This document shows positions 1-12,372 of a DNA stretch of 38,602 nucleotides, one piece after another (positions within the stretch are counted from its first letter, which is position 1; every line of letters starts with the position of its first letter). The stretch is from Nemertoderma westbladi. Its lineage: Eukaryota > Animalia > Xenacoelomorpha. Below the pieces are notes generated by a model. It ran no database searches. It was not told where the DNA came from and was given only the letters and a program-made list of their open reading frames with translations. The DNA lies in NCBI GenBank assembly GCA_032718475.1, contig JAUCBJ010004401.1:1-38602 (forward strand). Reading direction: 5' to 3'. The position numbers and the translations under genes were made by a program.

Positions 1-68
1 TTCCAGCGCCTGGGGGGGAACTGGCCAGCAAAGGCAAACGTATCAGTTATCCCACAAAAGCTTTTACA

Positions 69-491
69 CAGGGCCTCCCTGTTGCACCCAACCGGAATTC
101 CTATCTGATACCTTGTACGTCCGCTATTTACCTTCTCAGGGCCTCCCTGTTGCACCCAACCGGAATTCCTGTCTGATACCTTGTACGTCCGCTATTTACC
201 TTCTCAGGGCCTCCCTGTTGCACCCAACCGGAATTACTGTCTGATACCTTGTACGTCCGCTATTTACCTTCTCATGGCCTCCCTGTTGCACCCAACCGGA
301 ATTACTGTCTGACACCTTGTACGTCCGCTATTTACCTTCTCATGGCCTCCCTGTGGCACCCAACCGGAATTACTGTCTGATACCTTGTACGTCCGCTATT
401 TACCTTCTCATGGCCTCCCTGTTGCACCCAACCGGAATTACTGTCTGACACCTTGTACGTCCACAATTTACCTTCTCATGGCCTCCCTGTT
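69..491. repeat. 68-bp minisatellite, about 6.2 copies
   Basis: Unit cagggcctccctgttgcacccaaccggaattcctgtctgataccttgtacgtccgctatttaccttct starts at 69, 137, 205 and so on, with few substitutions. A related single unit lies at about 33400-33452. Confidence 0.95.
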
Positions 492-689
492 AATGCAATT
501 GTGTTCTTTGCTATTTGAGATGACTTATTTTGCTAAATTTAAGATTTAAACGTTTTTTAAATTTTATATTATTTTTTAAAAGTTTTTATAGAGAATTATC
601 GATAACACGGGAAAGCCCGGGCCTATTGCAGAATTTTGAGTAAAAGCCAATGTTTTCTATAGAGGTATTATTATTATTAATCACGTTAA

Positions 690-1035
690 GGCCTGTGCTC
701 CTCCACACTGACTGGTACAAGTCATAAATCTTTTTTTAAAAATATAAGATCCGTCTCATTTTTTCCCTGTACAGTATTTTCTGGCTTGCTGCTACCCAAA
801 TTAGCCAATGACAGGCCTCTTGTCGGATATAACTCACGAGTCGTATATCAATGAAGGAATATGGTAGATAATCACTTTTGACTCATGAGTCGTAACAAAC
901 GACTTGTGACCAGAGGACTTATGACTATGACTTATGCCAGAGGAGGCGCTCCCATTGAAACCAATCTGTTCTATCAATTATTTCCACTTATGACATCCGA
1001 CTTATGACATACAACTTACCAGTGGAGCACGGGGC
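690..1035. mobile_element. PIF/Harbinger-like MITE
   Basis: Imperfect TIRs ggcctgtgctcc.../...ggagcacggggc; TAA flanks at 687-689 and 1036-1038; internal gacttatga repeats. Confidence 0.55.
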
Positions 1036-1612
1036 TAATAGTATTAGTACCGGGCTATAAAATGTTGCTCAAATCCCGGGAGGAGGTTCATATAGACCCC
1101 CGCGTAGTAGACTTCGACGTAGTATGGCACATTTTTGTGCTAATAGTACAAGTTTGAGATGTCCAGTGTTGATTTTATTGATTCCATCGGAAGTACATAT
1201 ATACTTTACATAAATGTAAACAAAATTTACATAAACTGACACTGAGGAAGATAAAAACATGAAGTTTCTCATGGCAATATAATTTGTATGGTAACATGAT
1301 TCATTATTTAATAATTTATTGTTTATGTTATTATAATGTGTTTAGATTATATCTTGTAACAGTTCATTAAATTGTTCGGACCGAGGCTGGTTCACTTATT
1401 CACTGCAAACAACGTAATGTATATAAAGCATGTTGTGTGTCTTTTATACACTTCTTAATAGAAAAAAAAGTATAACAGTTACTAACAACTGCCACCACTA
1501 AGTAGGCCTAATGGAAGTAATGTACAGACGCGTTATGTTGTGTTTCAGGTTTCAGCACATTTGCGCACAATTTACAGTGCCATGTTGAATAAAAATTTCC
1601 GACTCAACTCAC

Positions 1613-1796
1613 CATATATACGTATTTTTAAATGTTTACTATAAATGTAACTTTGACCCCCAGTAAATAGATGACCGCACACTAGTTGGTTGTGGTTGTC
1701 TATTCCATATTTGAAGGAAGTGACGTCATTTAATGCTATCGTTTCTGAGACCTCCTCGCTTATCGCAGTATACCCATCGTTATTATAAACATACCA
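1613..1796 (-). CDS. Host gene exon: second half of Ig-like domain 2 (WYVYNNDG...LVCGH...KIRIY)
   Basis: ttacag acceptor, gtgagt donor, 184 nt, phase 0->1. Joins the previous exon to give YK|WY and supplies the second Ig Cys. Confidence 0.8.
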
Positions 1797-3169
1797 CTGT
1801 AAGTAAACCACTAAATATTAATGTGGTAAATTATTAGAAGAAAGTTGTAAAGGTTCACAAAGAGTTGTTGATTAAAAAACATTTCTAAAAATTACAAGAA
1901 AAAGTCATTATATCCCTTTTACCCCGAGATGTATTATTGTATAATTTGTAGAGCGAGAGAAGGCGAGATAAGATAATTATAAATCAATGGAAAAAAATGG
2001 AAAATATACATCTAGGGAAAAAAAGGCCTATTTGGTTCACGTGTAATTAATTTTATTTATAAAAAACGATACAGGACAGACCCAGTTATTTATTGAGATA
2101 TTATCTATTAGATACAATCTAGTGTAATAAAATAGTATAAATAATATTAGTTCAAACTTTTAAAAATTTCAAACTGTTATATTTTCTGTTTGTTTTGATA
2201 ATTCTGAAGTCATACTGTTTATCAAGGCTGCTGATCACGATACAACTCGTTAAAAATCATTCGTGGTAACACAACTATAATTTGTCGTGCTTGTCTGGTG
2301 AGACGAATAAAACAAGTAACGTAAAATCGAATTTTATTGGATAATGTGACATTTTTGAGTGTCATATTCGTGATAAGCGCCCCAGAAAACCCATAATGTC
2401 ATGAAATCATGTTGATTTGGTAATGATTTTTGATCATAAAATTTGTGCTTCTTGAATATTTTTCGTACCGCACATTGACACGTGTCAAAAAATGCTGCAA
2501 TCAACTTCGTTACGATATTTTTCAGTGTCATATTTATCATCAGCATCTCAAAAACCCAATATTTACACTACTTGGTTTTTTCGTGCCACAGGGATTCATT
2601 GAAAATTAACAAAAAATTTCTCGAATGTTAAATTTGAGTTCTAAAAACGTGATCAGAAAACAAAAAAAACGCTATATACCGGTACCGCAAATAGATTAAT
2701 TTTAGGAACTATAAAAACTTTTAACAAATTAAACACGAAAAATAGTGGATATGGGTGCCAGAAAGGGACCACAGCACAAAAAATAACATAGCCATGTAAT
2801 TGGCTTTTTCTCTGTTGGATAGCCCGTAAAATTTTAGGAAAAGTCACGAATTCTCGGTTTTACAAACAAATCTGACTAAAGACACAATTTCTAAAATGCT
2901 GTAATTATTGCTTCCCCCCCCCCCCCCCCCCAGCCAAATAGGGTAAATTAAAAAAATAAAACTCTGTTTAAATCGGTATAATATACTGATAAGGAAACTT
3001 CACTTTACCATAATTATGGTACCAAATCTACAAAACTATTTTACTAACTTTTAAACCGCACCTTAGTATAATCCGTTCAAAAGTAAATTAATGACGGGTG
3101 CACCTGTACATATTTTATATTTAATTATTTAGTAATAAGTATAATTACTTACAATAGGTTAATCATCAC

Positions 3170-3357
3170 CTTATATGAATTTGTTTTAAAAAGCCTGACA
3201 GCATCATTAGTGATAACGCATTGTAAATGAATAGTATCACCACCTCTCATCTCCCAGTCAGCATCAGGTTCAGTGGATTGTTTGAAATAAAACATGTTTG
3301 AATCGACTTCTGTGTTTGTATTGGCCGAAGATTCATCCACATGTATATCCAAGAAAT
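3170..3357 (-). CDS. Host gene exon: first half of Ig-like domain 2 (FLDIHVD...GDTIHLQC...SYK)
   Basis: ccaacag acceptor, AAG|gtgatg donor, 188 nt, phase 1->0. GDTIHLQC resembles an Ig B-strand. Confidence 0.75.
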
Positions 3358-3794
3358 CTGTTGGAATTACAAATTGATTTATCATAAGATATACTTAAAA
3401 ATGGGTGAATGGGTGTTAAAAATGAGTTAAAAAAATAGAATTTGAATATTATCTTTTAACATATTTTTGAGCGACTTTTTAATCCGCTATTTTTTGAGGA
3501 AGACTAAAGATCAATAATTAACATTAAAACAGTATCTAAGTTCTTGACCGGGCGCCTTTACATTATGGAGAACAGGTTAAGATTAACTAATTCCATGTTA
3601 AGTTAATAACAACTCCTGATCACCATCTCCCTCGCTCTAATTGAATTCATAGTTCGATTCTAACTGCATTAAGATTTTATGGAACCAATTCACTTGGAGA
3701 ATTCACCTTTACTAGGATTCCACTGTGTGCAACTCCAGTACCCCACTAGGACAGATACTAATCTTTGGTATTAAATATGTACATACTTGTGTGT

Positions 3795-4021
3795 AGGTGT
3801 AAAACTCGGATCTGGATCCGGATTCTAAAATTATCAATTAAGGGAAAGGAGCAGGTTACAGCGGCACGTTATTTTAACCAAAACAATAAAGTAAAGTCAA
3901 TAGAACAGGTTATAGTTTTATTCTTGGGAGTTATAAAAATGTAAAAAAAATCGACTTCCGTAGGGACAATGTTAAATGTAGTATCCGGATCCGGATCCGG
4001 ATCCGCGTTTTACTCTGACCC
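3795..4021. mobile_element. Small MITE with (GGATCC)n subterminal repeats
   Basis: gtaaaactcggatctggatccggat (about 3799-3823) is inverted relative to atccggatccggatccgcgttttac (about 3989-4013). Confidence 0.5.
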
Positions 4022-4215
4022 CATACTTATTTGTAAAGTAGCACCTTACAGTGTGATGATCCGAGATCCGAGATCCGTACATATACATTATAAGTGATAG
4101 AAACTGCACAAATTAAATTAGTTGCTTTATAAATAAATGTAAAAATGACATGAATAATGTTATAAATAAGTTACCTTATATTTATGGTGGCGTGTGGAGC
4201 CATGTTATAATAATA

Positions 4216-4217
<2 letters not shown>

Positions 4218-4265
<48 letters not shown>

Positions 4266-6183
4266 GGATCGGCATGCTGCATTGCAGCTGCATTTTTAAG
4301 AATGCTGTGCCGGCTTATCGACAAAATTGCACCGCCAAAACTCCCTATCACCCATGACATTTGCTAGATCACCCGCATCTTCAAGGCCAGTGTCCTTTAA
4401 GATGCGTCTCAAGAAAGTCATGGGCTGTCCACCATGCTTATTCACTCCATGAGGCTGCCAAAGTACAAGATTATGCACTGGCTGGTCCTCACGGCGAAAG
4501 CAATGTCCTGCAAAGCTGAGGCGATTTTGTTCTAGTGTTAAGCTTGGGGGAACCAATGAGACACCTCAAATGTTATATAGTGTCTGGTTGGAGATGTGTG
4601 CATTGTACTTGACACAATAAACCCGGTGTAGCATTCTTGTGAATGTGCCATCCAGAGATTTGGTGTCCTCAGCAGTTAGAGCCCAGCATGGACTCCCATA
4701 GAGGAGTACTGGAACTACTGCTGCTCTAAATAACCGGACCTTAAGTTTCCGATTAATTCTCGGTGACTTCCAAATCCTGGAAAGCCTATTCAAGGCTGCC
4801 CATGCCTTTCCCTTACGTATTCGAAGGTCCTCACCTGACTTCCGGATCCATGATCCCAAGTAACAGAAGTCATCCACATGCTCAAGCATACCATCTTTTG
4901 AGCTTATGCTCATCCGATCAGAAACTTGCTGAGGACTTCAAAGTTAACTGTCAAAATGTATGCCATTTCTGTGTCCTTTCTGGAGTTAATAAAAAGACCA
5001 AGACTAGAAGCAGCATGTTCTAATGAGCTGAGGAGCCGTTGGACTCCCTCTAGTGATTCTGAGAGTACTCCTAAGTCATCAGCAAAGTCTAGATCAGTTA
5101 GGTACTTGGCAGGATTTCCTCGACTTCTGGAGCCAGTAGGTGGAGTTATCATCACCCCATCATCATTATGATGATCTAAGAACATGCGTAGAACATAGTC
5201 AACCACAATTATGAACAAGAATGGTGCAAGTGTGTCTCCCTGGAGGACGCCCCATAACACTTCAAATGGTTCTGTGTCACCGTCAACAGTAGACACAAAT
5301 GTTGTCGAACCATCGTATACTGATCTGATTGCTGCAATAATTTCATCCGGAATCCCATATAATGAAAGTATGCTGAACATACGTGAGCGAGAGACTGAAT
5401 CAAAGGCCTTGAAGAAGTCAACAAAGATAACAGCCTGTCTTTCTTTTTTGATAACTCTTCAATTATCCTTCTAAGTGCCAAAATGGGCTCCATGGTCCCA
5501 CGACCTTTACGGAACCCATTCTGAATTCCACGGAGCAGTCTCTCAATGGGATCTCTGATGCGATTTAATAGAATTCTATTGCATAGCTTTGCAGCAATTG
5601 AGATCAATGAGATTCCCCGAAAAGAACCATAGAGTGTTAGGTTGCCCTTCTTGGGAACAGGCACCAACTTATTTGTTTTCATTTCTTGTGGGACTCTTGT
5701 TGTTCGGTACATGTCTACTATGATGGGATATATGAGCTTTAAACACTCAGGTATTTTAAAGACCTCAGGGGGAACACCATCTACTCCACTGGCACGATTG
5801 GTCTTAATGCTCATTGCAGCAGCCTTCACTTCTGCAAAGGAGATATCGCCAATGGGAATATCTGGGAGTACAGACTCAGACACTTTTACTTCTATAAAGT
5901 TATCAGGCAATACCCTGTCATTATTGAGGAGCTTTTCAAAGTGGGCTTTCCAACCATTGAGGCGATCGGCTGGTGATTCAGCCTTAACCTTGGTGGTTGG
6001 TTGGCTTTTTCGACCAGCAAGCAAGTTGATCGATCTCCATGCCTGGGATGATTGCCTGCTGTCGTCAGCATCATTGATGGCATCAACCTGTTGGTTTATT
6101 AGCTCCTGTAAATTAACCGAGTACTGCCTGTTCAGGGACCTAGATGCAGCCTTAACTGCATTCTTGGCCGCTGTAGTCTGCTA
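4218..6183 (-). mobile_element. 5'-truncated RTE-type LINE (family A, copy 1) with a disrupted RT ORF and (TAG)n tail
   Basis: RT motifs VPVPKKG, QNGFRKGR, GVLQGDTLAPFLF, LDFADD and FCYLGS spread over four ORF pieces. Tail reads (CTA)n on + at 4218-4265. 12-bp TSD tataataatata at 4206-4217 and 6184-6195. Confidence 0.95.
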
Positions 6184-6715
6184 TATAATAATATAGCTAG
6201 GCCCTACTGGTTATTAATAGCTATACCCCGTCTACCGGTAGGTAATTCAGTAGGCCTATCTGGCTGTCAGGCAAATTTCCACCTATTGCTTACGTGGTAA
6301 CCACTGACGGCGTTAAGTAATGTCCACTAAGGGAACATTACTTAACGTATAACACCAAATTTCCAAATACAATACTAAATGTACTGTACAGGCCAATACA
6401 ATGCTGTAATGTCCTCTAAAGTTGTAAAGTGCTAAATAACAACTCGATGTTAATACAAACGGCGTTGAGTAATGGTTACAATTTTGGAATAAAAGATTGC
6501 ATAAGACGAATGCATGCATTTCTGGGTCTCCTTTATTTCACTTGTTGCACATACAAACAAACATACAAACACGTAAGTTTTACATTAATAAATGGTAGAA
6601 ATTACTGTAAATGATTTATAATTAACTAACTAATCAAACTTAGTATTTATAATACAGAAATTATAAGAGCATTCATTCATCTATTATCTGGCAATATAAT
6701 TAAGATGGAACTTAC

Positions 6716-6876
6716 GTGTTGGATATAAAAGTATCGGAAATGGTGAACTCTTTACTGAACCGCGGTATTTGGGGAAAATAACTGAGCATGTAATAGTCTT
6801 GGGTTCATATAACCGTCCGAGTCTAATAGAATCACTGGTCTCACTCCATAATGTATTACCCACGCGCCACTCGTAC
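6716..6876 (-). CDS. Host gene exon: second half of Ig-like domain 1 (YEWRVGN...TITCSVIF...LLYPT)
   Basis: attag acceptor, gtaagt donor, 161 nt, phase 2->1, open frame, Ig-type W and C. Confidence 0.85.
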
Positions 6877-7031
6877 CTAATATATATATATTATATAAAT
6901 ATATTCATTGTCTATGGTATCTGATTGGGCTCACAATCCAATATTTCACTCTCTAATATATCAGTAGGTTATTCTTCAATATCAATATTGCGAGTAACAT
7001 CAATAGTATTACATCATCGCACAGTATTATT

Positions 7032-8166
7032 ACACGTTAATTCAATATTGAATATTATATAATTAACAGAAATTAAATCAATATTGTGCAAATATTAATT
7101 CAATATACAAACATATTGAATTAATAATTTCAAATATTGAATCAATTTTCGCATTTAATCAATATGTTGACATGTTGGCAACATATTGAATCAGTATTCG
7201 CACATATTGAATCAATAAGTTGACATGCTGCAACATATTAAACCAATATATAACATGCTGGCAGCATATTAAAACAATATGTTGGCAACATATTGAATCA
7301 ATATTCGCACAAATTGAATCAATATATTGAAATGTTGGCAAGATATTGAAATAATATGTTGACATCTTGTCAACTTATTAAAACCATAATATGTTGGCAA
7401 CATATTGAATCAATATTCGTACATATTGAATCAATATGTTGAGTTGTTGACAACATATTGAATCCATATTCGCATATATTCAAGCAATATGTTAAACATG
7501 CTGGCAATATATTAAAACAATATGTTGGCAACATATTGAATCAATATTCGTACATATTGAATCAATATGTTGAGTTGTTGACAACATATTGAATCCATAT
7601 TCGCATATATTCAAGCAATATATTAAAACCATATGTTGGCAACATATTGAATCAATATTCGTGCATATTGAATCAATATGTTGAGTTGTTGACAACATAT
7701 TGAATCCATACTCGCATATATTCAAGCAATATGTTAAACATGCTGGCAATATATTAAAACAATATGTTGGCAACATATTGAATCAATATGTACCATGCTG
7801 GCAACATATTGAATCAATATGTAACATGCTGGCAACATATTGAATCAATATGTACCATGCTGGCAACATATTGAATCAATATGTACCATGCTGGCAACAT
7901 ATTGAATCAATATGTAACATGCTGGCAACATATTGAATCAATATGTAACATGCTGGCAACTTATTAAAACAATATATTGGCAACATATTGAATCAATATT
8001 CGCACATATTCAATCAACACGACGTTTAATGCCACATATTGATTCTATATTAGAGAATATTAATTCAATATGTTTGAATATTGAATCAATATTTTGCACA
8101 ATATTGATTGAATTTCTGTTCATGATTGAATTTATATTAAATATTGAATATTCAATATATACAGTA
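7032..8166. mobile_element. Non-autonomous inverted-repeat element (possibly CACTA-like) with an internal AATATTGAATC-based satellite
   Basis: About 7040-7146 is inverted relative to about 8038-8160. The interior contains a 30-bp tandem unit ggcaacatattgaatcaatatgtaccatgct and longer higher-order repeats. Confidence 0.65.
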
Positions 8167-8509
8167 TTTAATTAACTGAAATTAAAATTATACTGATAAA
8201 ATTCAAGTTCATATATATCCAATTTAAAAACAAAATCATACAAAATTTATTAAAAAAATAAGAAATGAATAGACAGCGTATAAGTAAAGTAGTACTGTAG
8301 TGAACGCTGCCACACTGAACAACAAAAATGTAGCTGGTAAAATATAAACTGGTGGATTGCAGGTAATTGTACTGTATAAGTCAAAGAAATATAAAGGGTA
8401 CCGGTACTTTAGTAATAAACAACAGCTAATACGACTCCTACATATAGAAGTAAAATCCACGATTGGTCAAAGTCTGAGAAAGTTTATATTACAGAATAAT
8501 AACACGTAC

Positions 8510-8642
8510 TTGTCAATGGCAGGTCCATTTATGGGGTCATATTTCACGTGACATGATGCACTCAACGGCTGTACATTTTGGCTGTAATCAGATATCACAT
8601 TACCAGGTATAAAAGTGATGCTGGGACCAACATCACTTTCAA
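8510..8642 (-). CDS. Host gene exon: first half of Ig-like domain 1 (ESDVGPSITFIPG...LSASCHVKY...ID)
   Basis: cctttcag acceptor, gtacgt donor, 133 nt, phase 1->2, matching the next exon. Confidence 0.85.
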
Positions 8643-9299
8643 CTGAAAGGAAACAAATGACTTTTAATTGTAATTATATTTAATAAAGGGACTTTTGATG
8701 ACAATTAAGGGGGTGGTGGTCTACAAAATAGATTATTGCATTTGCATTGAGAAACAGGACCAAGCCTAAGTTTAATGGGTTGCTCGGAGAGTTCCCCTAA
8801 AAAATATGAATACTTTAAAATAATATAATAAAGAAAGTAGAAAACAATATAAAGGTGGAATAGAGGTGGTATAAAGTAATAATAAAAGAATGTAAAAATA
8901 CTAAGCAAGGCAATATAAAATGGAATAAAGTGAAGTCATACTGGGGCGAGGCCGAATAAATGTCATTATTAATTAATACACATTATAGAGTCAAAAATAA
9001 TCCATTAATCCTTTAAACGGGTTTTTATCGAAAATGTTTATTTTTTAGTATTTTTTTCGATGTTTGACACTTTTATCTGGAACTACATGAAAATAACTAT
9101 GAAATTTAACAAAATTTGGTACAAAATTGGTTATTTTGTATATAAATAAAGCTACAGTAACTCAATCAGGCATATATAGTTATAATTATACGATCTCCTT
9201 ATACAAAAGCAATCAAACAATCGGACGAAGCCGGAGGCGACCCGAAGGCTCCACTATCTATAGCTGCTAGCCGAGGCTGTAGTCTATCCCTCGTTTAAC

Positions 9300-9420
9300 T
9301 CCTAGTTATTCACCTTGTCCTCATTTAATCGAACCCATGGGATTGGGATGAAAGGCAGAGTGGACCCTGGCGGGGTTCGAACCTTCAACCAATAGATTGT
9401 AGCCCACTGAGCCACCCCGC
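9300..9420 (-). mobile_element. Degenerate tRNA-derived SINE fragment
   Basis: B-box-like ggttcgaacc and A-box-like tggctcagtgg on the minus strand, followed by a SINE-core-like segment. Confidence 0.45.
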
Positions 9421-9491
9421 TAATATAACAAAACTCGTCTTCAATACATTATTATTCAACATAAATATATATAAATTTTTTTTCAACTTAC

Positions 9492-9605
9492 GTATACAAG
9501 CGTCACTCCCGCTGAGTTCTGATTGGCCAGTTGGTACGTAACCCGGGCGACAGTCACATAATGTGAAACTGCACGGTGGCAATGGGCACCCTGGTTCTGG
9601 GATTT
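9492..9605 (-). CDS. Host gene exon: EGF-like Cys-rich module (IPEPGCPLPPCSFTLCDCRPGYVP...DACI)
   Basis: aag acceptor after a pyrimidine tract, gtaagt donor, 114 nt, phase 1->1, CxCxPGY motif. Confidence 0.85.
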
Positions 9606-9744
9606 CTTTGATATGAAAAAAAAGAAACAAATATATTATTGCTATTCGCAACCACTTTAAATCCTGACTGTGGACAAAATTATGGTTTGTCATTCAATAA
9701 CTATTCAATACTATCCTTATCATCAGTCTTATCATTTGATGGAT

Positions 9745-11211
9745 CAGAGGCGTAGCGAGCCCTTCTGGCGCCCAGGGGAATTTTTCATTTCATTTTTATT
9801 CCAGACATTGAATTATACAATATATTATTACATTATTTTAGTAAAACATTATATAATACCCGTCCATATCATTTATAAAATTGAGCACAATTATTGAATT
9901 ATTAAATATATACTGCTACTGTACCTACACTACGGAAAAATAATTTACATAGAGCCTAATATTTAAACATATTGGTGGGACCGTATTATTGACACACTTC
10001 GAAAATTCTAGATACCATATGGCATGAAGCTGATCCCCCATTCAATAATTTTAACTTTTCATTTATGGCGGTTTTTTTTAATATTATATAATATTAAAAA
10101 ACAACATCTAAAAAAACAGTTTACTAAAAGTATATAACTATATCAAATCTATTTTACATAAGTTTGATATAGTGAAATTATAATACTGTATATTAAATGG
10201 CGAGCGATGCGAGCAAAGAAAATTTTTACATTTTTCGCTTATGACACATGTCCTGTACCGGGTGTTCCATAATGATTGCCCCCCCCCCCCCTGGCCAGCC
10301 AAAACTGTTAGACATGCACCTTAGTGATATATACCATTCGAAAGATAATTTAATTCTGAGCTTGCATGCAAAAATTTAGGGTCCAATACAAAATTATAAA
10401 AATTTTATAGGCTATTCTTTAAACATATCTTACTTTTCAATATTTGTGATTTAATCACAATTTAAAAAATATAATTTATCCAGCGTTAGTCATCAGCTTT
10501 ACAGCCATGTTTCCTCGGGGAGCTCCTCGATAGTGGCAAAGGATGTTGGCCCTTAAAAGGGCTGTTTTGGTTTGAGTTCAGTTTGATTATGTCACAGAAT
10601 CAGGATCCTCTCTAAAAGTAACATCTCTGATTCTGTCAACCATACGTTTTTCTTCAGAGTCATCGAAGATTGCACTGTAACTTGTCACTTTAATTACTTC
10701 TGTTAGGCCTAATTCAGTAAAATTACCAAAGAAACACTAATACCGGTAACTGAATACTGTAATATATTGGAATACAGCAAAAGTCAGGCAGTAATACATT
10801 AACTGTTTAAACAGGGCTGCAACCGGCAAAGCTGATGGCTAACATTGGATAAATTATATTTTTTTTTAAATTGTGATTAAATCACAAATATTGAAAAGTA
10901 AGATATGTTTAAAGAATAGCCTATAACAATTTTATACTTTTCTATTGGACCCTAAATTTTTGCATGTAAGCTCAGAATTAAATTCTCTTTCGAATGATAT
11001 ATTACACTAAGGTGCATGTCTGGCAGTTTTGGCTGGCCAGGGGGGGGGGGGGGAATCATTATGGAACACCCGGTATACTGTATCACAACCCCTGAATTTT
11101 CACTGATTTGTCTTAATTTTACAATAATACCCTGACATTTGCCTGGCATTTCAGCGCCCCCCGGGTGAGTGCGCCCCCCCCCCCCCCCCCCCCCCCCTCG
11201 TTACGCCTCTG
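9745..11211. mobile_element. Non-autonomous hAT element
   Basis: TIRs cagaggcgtagcgag / ctcgttacgcctctg; 8-bp TSD tgatggat (9737-9744) versus cgatggat (11212-11219). Confidence 0.85.
10258..11073. mobile_element. Tc1/mariner-type MITE nested in the hAT element
   Basis: TIRs of about 250 bp beginning ccgggtgttccataatgatt, flanked by TA on both sides. Confidence 0.85.
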
Positions 11212-11598
11212 CGATGGATCATCAAATGGATCAATCTTGTCCAACTCAATGTGACGGATGATGGAGCTCAGATTTTAGTTGTATTAATTTCATGTTCCTA
11301 AACTACTTACTAAACACAATGTAGGATGACTTGGTGAGATGATCAGCGATAGTTAACTGTATGTAATGCCAGAAACAAAACAATCCTAAATAAAAAAAAA
11401 CACTTTCTAAGTTCAGTTTTTTCTCACCACGAAGGATTGGATACCATGTATACTTAAGCTTTAAGCAAAAGCTTGTGAAACGGCTCCCCCCAGCATTAAG
11501 CTGTGGGATTTCCAGGCTAGGTTTAGTATTAATTAATTTAAGTAATGTTGTTTAGTCACGCACACAGTAGTAAAAACAATAAATAATTTCTTACTTAC

Positions 11599-11685
11599 CT
11601 GCACAAATTATTTTATCATTTATAGACAGTGGCGTGTAACCCATCCGGCATTCTGTTGTTTCAACACATGGTGAACATACAGAGG
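11599..11685 (-). CDS. Host gene exon: Cys-rich module (SVCSPCVETTECRMGYTP...IICA)
   Basis: ttttcag acceptor, gtaagt donor, 87 nt, phase 1->1. Confidence 0.85.
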
Positions 11686-12239
11686 CTGAAAATGTACATT
11701 TTTTAGTGAAGAGAAAATTTGGAAAATTTACAAAAAAAAATTGTATATTAAGAAATGAATTTGTTTATCAAAATATAAAATTAACATGTAATGAAAACGG
11801 CGATCTCAACTTAGTCATTTCGCCTTAACTGTTGCAGGTCCAGAGAAACACGAATTACAAGAACACATTTAAATTTAAAAAATCACTGAGAATTTACATA
11901 TTAAGACTTATATTAATTAATCATAGATATATATATATATATCTCGCTGAATATTAATTCATTCGCAGACTACCTCGATAGATAGATGATGAATGATAAT
12001 TGTCATTGCATTTCCTAATGCCATCTATGTATTTTTCCAAATATGTAATGTTGTAGCAATTTTGACAAATTTCACCAATTTATTAATATTCGTAATTTCT
12101 TAACCAACATATTTGAATTATACAGTAATAATAATAATTTTGAATCTTTTCCCATATCATGGAGAACTTTGATACTTCATGCCCATTTTACTATAAATCA
12201 TCAGTCTAATGTGATATAATGTGATGTAATAATAACTAC

Positions 12240-12372
12240 CTGGTTGACCCATGCAAACAGCCTTGTGCGATGCGTCACAATCATCAAATTTGATTGCACC
12301 TCCATGTATATACCCACAATCTTTATTATTACTGTTAGTTTCCATATTAATCAAATTGTACGGAATCTCAAC
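12240..12372 (-). CDS. Host gene exon: C-terminal part of the C-type lectin domain (VEIPY...KDCGYI...FDDCDASHKAVC)
   Basis: ttttatag acceptor, gtagtt donor, 133 nt, phase 0->1, CTLD Cys spacing. Confidence 0.9.

Noticed and set aside
1069-1272. 67-aa minus-strand ORF as the next host exon
   Set aside because: No convincing splice sites or motifs; it looks like a DNA-transposon end.
4763-6196. Plus-strand ORFs over the RTE (and similar ones at 22880-23776, 25762-26001, 30845-31432)
   Set aside because: They are antisense shadows of LINE coding sequence.
7159-8175. Cys/Ile-rich ORFs of 68-94 aa
   Set aside because: They are translations of satellite DNA.
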